A DNA stretch of 64,000 nt. Source: Candidatus Poribacteria bacterium. GTDB lineage: Bacteria; Poribacteria; WGA-4E; WGA-3G. Location of the stretch: the NCBI GenBank assembly GCA_965242965.1, contig OZ251518.1, positions 3,513,838 through 3,577,837 of the forward strand. The letters are read 5' to 3'. The notes beneath the pieces are model-generated. The model was not told the DNA's origin and did not search any database. It saw only the letters and a program-made list of their open reading frames with translations. The translations under genes were made by a program, and so were the position numbers. Of this stretch, positions 39,713-49,233 are shown one piece after another (the first letter of the stretch is position 1; each line of letters opens with the position of its first letter).

Positions 39713-39812
39713 TTGAGTCTTCCTCCTAGGGTTTGGAAAATAGATATGCCTCCGTTTCTGCTTGAAAACTATTATAACAGCATTTCAACATTTATTCAAG
39801 AGATAAAATAAG

Positions 39813-40560
39813 GGAATTTCATATTTCGATGTCTTTTTGGTAGGAGAGACCTCCCGGTCTCAATTTGTCCGTAGCGCGGGGGCCTGTCCCCCGCGATCGC
39901 AGCATGGCGAGGGACAGGCCCTCGCCCTACGGTGCGGGGGGTGGCGTTTTCGCGATCGCTGCATGGCCTACGATGAAGGGGGGAGGCGTTTTTTTTTCGT
40001 ATCGCGGGGGGGCTCGGATGCCAGACGCGCATCCGGGCTGGTTTCCCCCGCGAGTTCCATCGTCATGATGTGTGTTTCCCTCTCTGTAGTTTGTGATCGC
40101 CTGATCACAAACAGGTTAGGATCAGGCAATCCTGACCTACAGGGCCTGGCGCGAGAACGATGACGAGGGCCTGTCCCTCGCCATCGTTCGCGCTGCGGAA
40201 AAACCGTCTCTTGTTCTCTTCAGGTCCGTAGGACCTGAATGTCTATAGCAGCCGATACGCAAAATGCTCTAAGGGCCTTTAGGTCCTTAATAGCTTTTGC
40301 CAGGGCCGCGTGTTTTCTTATTAAGGACCTAAAGGACCTTGACAACGGTACGACACGTTTTTCTATAGACATGTAGGTCCTAACGGACCTAAAACGCCAC
40401 CTTGTGACGATGGAACAACGCGGGGGACAGGCCCCCGCGCTCCGGTAAAAAACGCCATCCCCTCACCGTAGGGCGGGGGCCTGTCCCTCGCCATCGTCCG
40501 CGCAATCCAATCCTCGCGGGGGACAGGCCCCGCGCTACGGATGCATCGAGACCAGGAGGT
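39813..40560. repeat. repeat island inside the 16S-23S insertion (E-like, A, B x3, D, B, C, B x2, A)
   Basis: Seen directly; ORFs 39837..40163, 39865..40068 and 40363..40803 (N-terminal part) are artefacts. Confidence 0.9.
40197..40397. repeat. C element copy 4
   Basis: AAAAACCGTCTCTTGTTCTCTTCAGGTCCGTAGGACCTGAATGTCTATAGCAG...TATTAAGGACCTAAAGGACCTTGACAAC...TATAGACATGTAGGTCCTAACGGACCTAAAACGCCAC. Confidence 0.85.
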
Positions 40561-40669
40561 CTCTCCTACCGGGATGCATGGATACCCGGCGCGCCTACCG
40601 GCAATTCCCCGTTTTTTGACTGTAGCTGAAGAAAACGCAATCGAAATCAGCAGCCATTGTGCATGTCTC

Positions 40670-40840
40670 CTAGCGAGTGTTTTCTGTAACGGCCGAGGGA
40701 TGTGGGCAGGTAACTTGCCCGGGTCTGTAATCACAATAACCTCTCCACCGGCATCCCTTCGTAACTGTTTGAGTCTTTTGACACCGGCTTCGTTCTGAGG
40801 CAACGATGAGAACCAGGAGAAAAACGATAAAGGCTTTCAT
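40670..40840 (-). CDS. possible small secreted Cys-containing peptide (56 aa)
   Basis: MKAFIVFLLVLIVASERSRCQKTQTVTKGCRWRGYCDYRPGQVTCPHPSAVTENTR; GGAG 8 nt upstream of the ATG. Below the 60-aa ORF-track cutoff; lies between a repeat island and tRNA-Ile. Confidence 0.3.
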   Translation of the reverse strand: MKAFIVFLLVLIVASERSRCQKTQTVTKGCRWRGYCDYRPGQVTCPHPSAVTENTR

Positions 40841-40988
40841 AAAACACTCCTTTTAAGAGCGACGGGCCATCGGGCAATTTGAAAAAACGAGGGGACAACG
40901 AGTAGGAAAGAAGGTATCCGTTCAGAAAACAACGACGATTTGAAAAGGGACCTTCCTTGAAAACCGCGCGATGTCAGTTTGATGTTGA

Positions 40989-41062
40989 TGGGCTTATCTG
41001 GAGTCGAACCAGAGACCTCGCGCTTATCAGGCGCGCGCTCTAACCGTCTGAGCTATAAGCCC
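40989..41062 (-). tRNA. tRNA-Ile (anticodon GAT)
   Basis: GGGCTTATAGCTCAGACGGTTAGAGCGCGCGCCTGATAAGCGCGAGGTCTCTGGTTCGACTCCAGATAAGCCCA; perfect 7-bp acceptor stem. Confidence 0.92.
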
Positions 41063-41160
41063 GAAGTAATGTTCTTGAAAGTTAAATAGTTTCAGTGAGT
41101 GTGCCCGTTAAGGTTCAGAGCGTGAACAGATGATTTGTGTGAGAAAGCATCTGTTGTATG

Positions 41161-42712
<1,552 letters not shown>

Positions 42713-42868
42713 CCACAAAAGTATTGAAGCACATCTCAAACGCAGGTAAGTGGAAAATCATACCCACGTCTTAATTGAGGTGCACTCACAAGCTATAAAA
42801 TAGGCACGTCACGTTCACTATTTAACTTTCAAAGAACAACTTCACCTTTCGTTGAAAGGTTATCTTTA

Positions 42869-42897
42869 ATTATACCCAATAAAAATCCGTTTGTCAA
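42869..42897 (-). promoter_or_regulatory. consensus sigma70 promoter for 16S rRNA (TTGACA-N17-TATAAT)
   Basis: Minus strand TTGACAAACGGATTTTTATTGGGTATAAT (-35 = 42892-42897, -10 = 42869-42874, plus coordinates), ~150 nt upstream of the 16S 5' end. A-tract inverted repeats AAAAAGACCTTTTTTTT / AAAAAAAAGGTCTTTTTTTT lie upstream at 42935-42988. Confidence 0.75.
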
Positions 42898-43189
42898 GTT
42901 AAAATGATAAAAAAATGCAGAATTTTGCATAAAAAGACCTTTTTTTTACGATTTTTTCACTTTTTTTCAAAAAAAAGGTCTTTTTTTTTACGATGCGCGC
43001 GGTTTGCGTGCAAAAAAACGCGCATTTTGCGCGCGCGACGGACCAAAAACGCGCGCGGGTGAACAATACGCAAAATAAATTGGAATCAGGATTTTTGGGA
43101 TATGGGGTTCTTTTTCCTCGCGCGCAGGGCTCATTTCTCGCTCACAACGTCTGCATCGCAAAGATTCCGGGCGTTTTTCAGAAGATCGA

Positions 43190-43470
43190 GTCCGGCGAGG
43201 GCCTGTCCCTCTCCCTACTTTTGGAAATCGCGCATCCGCGAAAAACGTCTCTTCAGGTCCTTTAGGTCCTGCATGTCTATAGTAGCCCCGACGAAAAAAA
43301 CACTAAGGTCCTTTAGGTCCTTAATATATAGCAGACGTAACCGATGAGAAGCATTAAGGACCTAAAGGACCTTGAAGAAGCGGGTGCCTGCGCGTGCTAT
43401 AGACATTCAGGTCCTACGGACCTAAAGAGCGCGCCTTTTCATCAAGTAGGCATCTTCCCTGAAAGACTCC
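43190..43470. repeat. repeat island with C element copy 5 (43241..43433)
   Basis: A half-B repeat (GGCGAGGGCCTGTCCCTC) then AAAAACGTCTCTTCAGGTCCTTTAGGTCCTGCATGTCTATAGTAG...CATTAAGGACCTAAAGGACCTTGAAGAAG...TATAGACATTCAGGTCCTACGGACCTAAAGAGCGCG. Confidence 0.85.
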
Positions 43471-43477
43471 CTTTAAT

Positions 43478-43850
43478 TGAGGGTATTTCATAAATCGTTC
43501 AACGTCGCGGTGATGAGCGCACCCGTAAAAAACGTCTCTTCAGGTCCTTTAGGTCCTGCATGTCTATAGTAGCCCCGACGCAAAAAAACACTAAGGTCCT
43601 TTAGGTCCTTAATATACAGCAGACGTAACCGATGAGAAGCATTAAGGACCTAAAGGACCTTGAGGACGCGGGTGCCTGCGCGTGCTATAGACATTCAGGT
43701 CCTACGGACCTGAAGAGCGCGTCTTTTCATCGTAGGTCAAGATCGCCTGATCTTGACCCGTTCGGGAGCGGGCGCTCCCGAACTACAGAGGTGGGTCCGA
43801 TGCCCCCCGGTAGGAGAGACCTCCCGGTCTCGATGGCTCTCCTACTTTTT
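43478..43850. repeat. repeat island: E motif, C element copy 6 (43529..43723), D palindrome, A hairpin
   Basis: TGAGGGTATTTCATAAATCGTTCAACGTCGCGGTGATGAGC; a near-identical duplicate of copy 5 (~97% identity); GTAGGTCAAGATCGCCTGATCTTGACCCGTTCGGGAGCGGGCGCTCCCGAACTACAGAGGTG; CCGGTAGGAGAGACCTCCCGGTCTCGATG. Confidence 0.85.
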
Positions 43851-43909
43851 TGACGATGCGCGCGGTTTGCATGAAAAAAACGCGCATCGGACGAAAAGGT
43901 ATGCAGTGC

Positions 43910-44176
43910 CTAGCCGCCACTGATTGCAGGCAGGAAATGAATCTCTGCATCTGCATTGAGGCGTTCGCGCATACCCTCGCGGGTGGTGAGGATACCATCA
44001 ATATAGACAGCGATACCGGGTTTGATACGCCCCTCTTCGCATAAGCGCGCTTTGACACCGGGATAGCGGTGCTCTAAATTGTCAATGACTTCTCGGACGG
44101 TGGTGCCGGGGACGGTGACCTGCTCTTCTCCAGCGGTTAGTTTGCGCATGAGGGAGGGAATGGCTACGTGTGGCAT
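43910..44176 (-). CDS. MoaD/ThiS/CysO-family sulfur-carrier protein (C-terminal GG)
   Basis: MPHVAIPSLMRKLTAGEEQVTVPGTTVREVIDNLEHRYPGVKARLCEEGRIKPGIAVYIDGILTTREGMRERLNADAEIHFLPAISGG resembles CysO/MoaD-type carriers ending in GG. The longer ORF to 44290 begins in a repeat. Confidence 0.65.
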   Translation of the reverse strand: MPHVAIPSLMRKLTAGEEQVTVPGTTVREVIDNLEHRYPGVKARLCEEGRIKPGIAVYIDGILTTREGMRERLNADAEIHFLPAISGG

Positions 44177-44194
44177 TGAAGATGTTCCTGGCAA

Positions 44195-44330
44195 TGGGTG
44201 GATATGGCGAGGGACAAGCCCTCGCCCGAGGGTAAATGGGCGGATAGAGACATCCGCCCTTGTAGGCGAGACCTCCTGGTCTCGATGCATCCGTAGGGTA
44301 AATGGGCGGATAGAGACATCCGCCCTTACA
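44195..44330. repeat. repeat cluster (B half, A hairpin) with a 45-nt direct repeat CCGTAGGGTAAATGGGCGGATAGAGACATCCGCCCTT x2
   Basis: GTAAATGGGCGGATAGAGACATCCGCCCTTGTAGG at 44229-44265 and again at 44291-44327, each containing the inverted repeat GGGCGGAT...ATCCGCCC. Confidence 0.7.
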
Positions 44331-44334
44331 GTAA

Positions 44335-46590
44335 CTAGATTTTGCCCATCGCTTTCAACATCCGTTCGGGTGACATCGGAAGTTCTGTCATCCGAATGCC
44401 GATGGCATCGTAGATGGCGTTGGCGATGGCCGCGGGCGGCGGCACAATCGGCACCTCGCCGACACCGCGCACGCCATACGGATGCCCCGGATTTGGCACC
44501 TCAACGATGACAGCGTCTATCATCGGAAGATCCAAGCATGTCGGCATGCGATAGTCAAGGAAGCTCGCGTTCGTCATCGTGCCTTCGGCATTGTAAATGT
44601 ATTCCTCATTCAATGCCCAGCCGATGCCCTGCACAACGCCGCCCTGAATTTGCCCCTCAACGTAACTCGGATGGATGGCTTTGCCGGCATCCTGCGTTGC
44701 GGTGTAGCGGAGGATCTGCACCTTGCCAGTTTCCTCGTCTACCTCAAGATCGACGATGTGGGTTGCGAACGCGCCGCCGGCACCCGGGGGATTCACGGCA
44801 GCACTGCCGACGACGGGACCGCCTGTCTCACCGAGTCGCGCCGACAAATCGCGGAAGCTAATCTGCTCTTCCTTGCCGTTGATGCAGGAGAATTCGCCAT
44901 CGGCGAACTGCACATCTTTCTCATCAACCTCCCAGAGTTTCGCCGCGCGCGCAATCATCTGTTTCTTGACATCTTGCGCGGCTTCATAAGCGGCGTATCC
45001 GGTCGCGAACGTCGTGCGGCTACCGCCTGTCACTGCAGTGTAACCGACAGAATTGGTATCAACAACGCTGGGATTGACAGCCTCCGCTGGGATGCCAAGC
45101 ACTTCCGCCGCCTGCATAGCGATGGACGCGCGCGTGCCGCCGATGTCCGTGGAACCTTCAACGAGGTTAATCGTGCCATCGGGATTGACGTTGATGGTGA
45201 CGCTGGATGCCAAGCCGATGTTGAACCAGAAACCGGATGCGACGCCGCGTCCGTGGTGCTTCTTGCCATTCGGCGAGGTGTAGTGCGGATGCTGTTTCGC
45301 CGCCTCAACGCTTTCAATGAAGCCGATGCGCGGGAAAACCGGTCCGTCTGCACGTTTGACACCCTCTTTTGCACCGTTCATGATGCGGAATTCCAACGCA
45401 TCGATGTTCAGTTTCTCCGCGAGTTCATCAATGACAGTCTCTGAACCGAACGCGGCGTTGGTTGCGCCGGGCGCGCGGTAAGGCGCGGTTTTCGGTTTAT
45501 TGACGACGACATCGTAGCCGTCAATCAAGACATTCTCAATGTTATAGGGTGCGAAGATACACATCGCGCCCGCGCCGACAGGTGAACCGGGGTACGCGCC
45601 TGCTTCAAAGTCAAGGCGTGTCTGCGCCGCGGTGAGTTTGCCGTCCTTCGTCGCGCCCATTTTGACGCTGATGAAAGACGCGGGTGTCGGGCCGGTGGCT
45701 TCAAACACGTCAGCGCGGTTCATCAACACCTTAACAGGCCTGCCTGTCTTCTTCGCGAGTAGTGCCGCGACCGGCTCCACATAGACGTTGATTTTGCCGC
45801 CAAATCCCCCGCCAATTTCCATCGGCACCACCTTAATCTTGGAGATGGGATACTGGAGGATTTCGGCGAGTTGTTCGCGCACGGTGAACGCGCCTTGCGT
45901 GCTACACCAAACGGTGAGTTGTCCGTCGGGGTTATAGAGCGCGGTGGCGTTGTGCGGTTCGATGTAACCTTGATGGACAGTGCCGGTGACGAACTCGCGT
46001 TCAATGACAACATCCGCTTCTGCGAACCCTTTCTCAATATCGCCTTTCTGGTGCTGGAGGTGACTGGCGATGTTGCTCGGTTTTTCAGCGGTTTCGCCCA
46101 TCGAGCTCGTCTTCAGGTTTTCATGGACGAGCGGTGCATCCGGCTCCATCGCTTGACGCACCTCTAAGACAGGCGGCAGCACTTCGTATGCCACATCAAT
46201 AAGCGCGCACGCTTCTTCCGCGATGTGTGCATTCGTCGCGGCGACAGCGGCGATGGCGTGTCCCTTGTAAAGTGCCTTGTCGCTAGCGAGGATGTTGTCG
46301 CAGAGGTATTTGAGATTGACTGCGCCTTCACCCAAGTCTGCGATTTTGTCTGCCGCTGTAGGCAAGTCTTCGGCGGTGACAACGGCTTTGACACCGGGGT
46401 ATGCCTCGGCGCGGCTCGTGTCAATAGAGAGGATGCGTGCATGTGCATGCGGACTGCGGAGCACGATGCCGTGCAGGAGGCCGGCGGTATGGAAATCGGC
46501 ACCATAGAGCGCACGGCCGGTGACTTTATCAACACCGTCGTGTCGGATGGGCCGGGTTCCGATGACTTTGTATTCTTTCTTTTCGGGCAT
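44335..46590 (-). CDS. xanthine dehydrogenase/aldehyde oxidase/CoxL-family molybdopterin-binding large subunit
   Basis: ~750 aa with the Ald_Xan_dh_C/C2 domain pattern (KVTGRALYGADF...; GGGFGGK...). Start set at ATG 46590 (MPEKKEYKVIG) with GGAGG upstream. Confidence 0.85.
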   Translation of the reverse strand: MPEKKEYKVIGTRPIRHDGVDKVTGRALYGADFHTAGLLHGIVLRSPHAHARILSIDTSRAEAYPGVKAVVTAEDLPTAADKIADLGEGAVNLKYLCDNILASDKALYKGHAIAAVAATNAHIAEEACALIDVAYEVLPPVLEVRQAMEPDAPLVHENLKTSSMGETAEKPSNIASHLQHQKGDIEKGFAEADVVIEREFVTGTVHQGYIEPHNATALYNPDGQLTVWCSTQGAFTVREQLAEILQYPISKIKVVPMEIGGGFGGKINVYVEPVAALLAKKTGRPVKVLMNRADVFEATGPTPASFISVKMGATKDGKLTAAQTRLDFEAGAYPGSPVGAGAMCIFAPYNIENVLIDGYDVVVNKPKTAPYRAPGATNAAFGSETVIDELAEKLNIDALEFRIMNGAKEGVKRADGPVFPRIGFIESVEAAKQHPHYTSPNGKKHHGRGVASGFWFNIGLASSVTINVNPDGTINLVEGSTDIGGTRASIAMQAAEVLGIPAEAVNPSVVDTNSVGYTAVTGGSRTTFATGYAAYEAAQDVKKQMIARAAKLWEVDEKDVQFADGEFSCINGKEEQISFRDLSARLGETGGPVVGSAAVNPPGAGGAFATHIVDLEVDEETGKVQILRYTATQDAGKAIHPSYVEGQIQGGVVQGIGWALNEEYIYNAEGTMTNASFLDYRMPTCLDLPMIDAVIVEVPNPGHPYGVRGVGEVPIVPPPAAIANAIYDAIGIRMTELPMSPERMLKAMGKI

Positions 46591-46664
46591 TGCGAATTTC
46601 CTCCGATGCGCGCTTAGCACGCGCGCGTTTGCGGTTGAAGCACCGCGGGAGACAGGCCCCCGCG

Positions 46665-47132
46665 CTACGCTGATGCCGCGTCAAGCACGGCACGGACGAT
46701 TTTATCGTAACCGGTGCAGCGGCACAGATTGCCGGCTAACCAGTATCGAACTTCGTGCTCCGTCGGGTTCGGGTTGGTATCCAGCAGTGCCTTGGCACTC
46801 ATGATAAACCCGGGTGTGCAGATACCGCACTGGAGCGCGGCGTTTTCGAGGAAGGCATCCTGAATAGGGTGCAGCTTATCCGCTGCTGCGAGGCCTTCCA
46901 CAGTTTCGACAGCTTTGCCCTCAGTCTCTACGCCGAGGACGAGGCATGAATTGACCAGGGTGCCGTCTAAAATGACACTGCAGGCACCACAATTCCCATT
47001 ATTGCATCCCTCTTTTGCACCGGTGAGATGAAGTTCATCTCGGAGAACTTCCAAGAGACTCTGCCGGGCTTCGCAGAGGAATTCAACGGGTTCGCCATTA
47101 ATCTGGGTTTGAACGTGCGTTTTTCTCGCCAT
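46665..47132 (-). CDS. (2Fe-2S)-binding small subunit of the molybdoenzyme (CoxS/XdhC-type)
   Basis: CNNGNCGACSV...CLVLG and CGICTPGFIMSA...C motifs. Confidence 0.88.
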   Translation of the reverse strand: MARKTHVQTQINGEPVEFLCEARQSLLEVLRDELHLTGAKEGCNNGNCGACSVILDGTLVNSCLVLGVETEGKAVETVEGLAAADKLHPIQDAFLENAALQCGICTPGFIMSAKALLDTNPNPTEHEVRYWLAGNLCRCTGYDKIVRAVLDAASA

Positions 47133-47183
47133 AGTGTGGGCTCCTTTTTTGCGCGCTTGGAAAGCACGGATTCGGTTGATAGG

Positions 47184-48059
47184 TTAGACATCCAAGATTC
47201 GCTGAATGGCTCCCTTGAGGGCGCGCCGGGTTAGCACACCGACGAGGTGCGTTCGCTGTTCGGCGGTGCCGCGCATATCGCTGATAGGACGCGCGATGGC
47301 TTGCGCCGCTGCGGCGGCTTCGTCAATCGCTTCGTCAGAAATCTTTTTCCCAGCAAGTAACGCGCTCGCTTCCTCTGCAAAGAGCGGTGTCGGGGCAACG
47401 GCTGCCAATGCGATGCGTGCAGAGACAATCGTCTCTTTCGCCGCGTCAAGCGTTACGGCTGCGCCCGCGCCGACGACAGCGATATCCATCTCATTGCGCG
47501 GGATAAACCGGAGGTAATAGGAACTGGAATTGCTCGGCGGCTGCGGTATCTTGATTTCAACCAGCATTTCGCCTTCTTCCAGGACTGTCTGTCCGGGCCC
47601 CGTGCAGAATGCCGCGGCTGGGAGTTCTCTCTCACCGTCGGGTCCGGCGATAACGCAGGTAGCGTTAAGAACGATGAGCGGCGGGATGCTATCCGCTGCA
47701 GGCGAAGCGTTACATAAGTTACCGCCAACGCAAGCGCGTCCCTGAATCGCGGTGCCGCCGATAATTTTGGTTGCGTCAATTAGGCCGGGGAAACTCTCGC
47801 AGATGGACTCCGTGCCGTAAATCCGATGACACGGCACCGCGGCACCGAGTCTCAGTCCATTTTGCGAGTCGTGCGAGAGGACATTCACTTCGGGGATGGC
47901 TTTGATGTCCACCATCCAGTCCACGTCGCGCTTTGCCTCCCTGACTTGCACGATAATGTCTGTGCCGCCAGCGAGGACGCGGGCTTGTTGTCCTTTTTCT
48001 TTCAGCACCGCTACGGCTTCGGGCACCGTTTGCGCGGCGACATATTCAAATGCTTGCAT
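47184..48059 (-). CDS. FAD-binding medium subunit of the molybdoenzyme (CoxM/XdhB-type)
   Basis: LAGGTDIIVQ... FAD-binding PCMH-type domain and a CO-dehydrogenase flavoprotein C-terminal domain. Confidence 0.85.
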   Translation of the reverse strand: MQAFEYVAAQTVPEAVAVLKEKGQQARVLAGGTDIIVQVREAKRDVDWMVDIKAIPEVNVLSHDSQNGLRLGAAVPCHRIYGTESICESFPGLIDATKIIGGTAIQGRACVGGNLCNASPAADSIPPLIVLNATCVIAGPDGERELPAAAFCTGPGQTVLEEGEMLVEIKIPQPPSNSSSYYLRFIPRNEMDIAVVGAGAAVTLDAAKETIVSARIALAAVAPTPLFAEEASALLAGKKISDEAIDEAAAAAQAIARPISDMRGTAEQRTHLVGVLTRRALKGAIQRILDV

Positions 48060-48177
48060 AACAGGTTCTCCGTTTTGCTCTATTGGAGCGGGTTAAAGAG
48101 TTGATGAAAAGTGGTTGCGTCTCTACTATCATATTATAGCAAAAACGCAAAAATATGCAAGCATTTTTTTAATTTTA

Positions 48178-48743
48178 ACTGAGGGTGTTTCATATTTCGA
48201 TGGCTTCCCAGTAGGCGAGTTCTCCCGGTCTCGATTTCTTCGGGTAGGAGAGCCCTCCTGGTCTCGATGCAGTTTGTCCTCTGTCCCTCGCCATCGTTTG
48301 CACACTCAACGATCGCGGGGGACAGGCCCCCGCGCTACGGTAAAAAAACGCCCCGGGTTACCGTAGGGCGAGGGCCTGTCCCTCGCCGTGCCTGTTCCTT
48401 GTAAAAGACCGTAGTTCGGGAGCGCCCGCTCCCGAACCGTTTGTGATCAGGCGATCACAAACTACAGAGGTGGAAACACACATCATGACGATGGAGTTCG
48501 CGGGGGAAACCCGCTCGGATGCGCGGCTGGCATCCGAGGGCCCCCGCGCTACGATAAAAAACGCCATCCTTTCACCGTAGTACGTGGGCCTGTCCCTCGC
48601 CATCGTCCGCGCAATCCAACGCGCGGGGGACAGGCCCCCGCGCTACGGGAACATCGAGACCAGAGGGCTCTCCTACCGAGGATCTATTGAGACCGGGAAG
48701 TCTCTCCTACGGGTGTGCGTCGAAATATGAAACACCCTCATTT
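48178..48743. repeat. repeat island bracketed by 26-nt inverted terminal copies of the E motif
   Basis: Left ACTGAGGGTGTTTCATATTTCGATGG (48178-48203); right CGAAATATGAAACACCCTCATTTAAG (48718-48743). Interior: A x2, B pairs, D palindrome, B pairs, A x2. Confidence 0.9.
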
Positions 48744-49233
48744 AAGCCTTTTCGCCGGCCTGCTGTAATGCTTCATCAATAACCGATTTTCCCAAATAGA
48801 TTCCGTTCGTCTGCATCTGGGTTAAAAGCGGTTTGATGGTATCAATTAACCCGTTTTCCTTTGCTTCCAGCAAAACGCCGACGGTGCCTTTAACCGATAA
48901 TCCGATGTGTTGCGCATACCGTCTTGCTCGTTGCTCATCAATAATGACGAGGCGCGCGTTGTGTTCTATTGCCAAGGCAATGACTGCGGCCTCGCCCGGG
49001 TCAAGTTTTACCGGCATCAAAAGGGATGGCTGAACTGTCTTCGGAAATGTTCGGAGCCACGGCGAATTTTTCAGTGCATCCTCGCGGGCTGTCGGCTCAA
49101 CCCTAAGAAACTCATTTTTGACTTCTTCAGGCATCCACACCTCTGTATAGAGTTCGCGTAGCAGCGGCAGATGGTTGAGCATCCATAGCGCGACGAGTGG
49201 GCTATTATTGATTATTACCGGATGTGTGGGCAT
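48742..49233 (-). CDS. DUF3368-family PIN-like protein (putative toxin partnered with UPF0175)
   Basis: VIINNSPLVAL...GTVGVLLEAKENGLIDTIKPLL matches the DUF3368 pattern. Start set at ATG 49233 (MPTHP...); it overlaps the stop of the upstream UPF0175-containing gene by 29 nt. Confidence 0.65.
   Translation of the reverse strand: MPTHPVIINNSPLVALWMLNHLPLLRELYTEVWMPEEVKNEFLRVEPTAREDALKNSPWLRTFPKTVQPSLLMPVKLDPGEAAVIALAIEHNARLVIIDEQRARRYAQHIGLSVKGTVGVLLEAKENGLIDTIKPLLTQMQTNGIYLGKSVIDEALQQAGEKA

Noticed and set aside
44482-46617. Several long plus-strand ORFs (44482..45444, 45871..46167, 46225..46617)
   Set aside because: Antisense to the molybdoenzyme large-subunit gene, which has strong domain support; this is typical high-GC antisense ORF noise.
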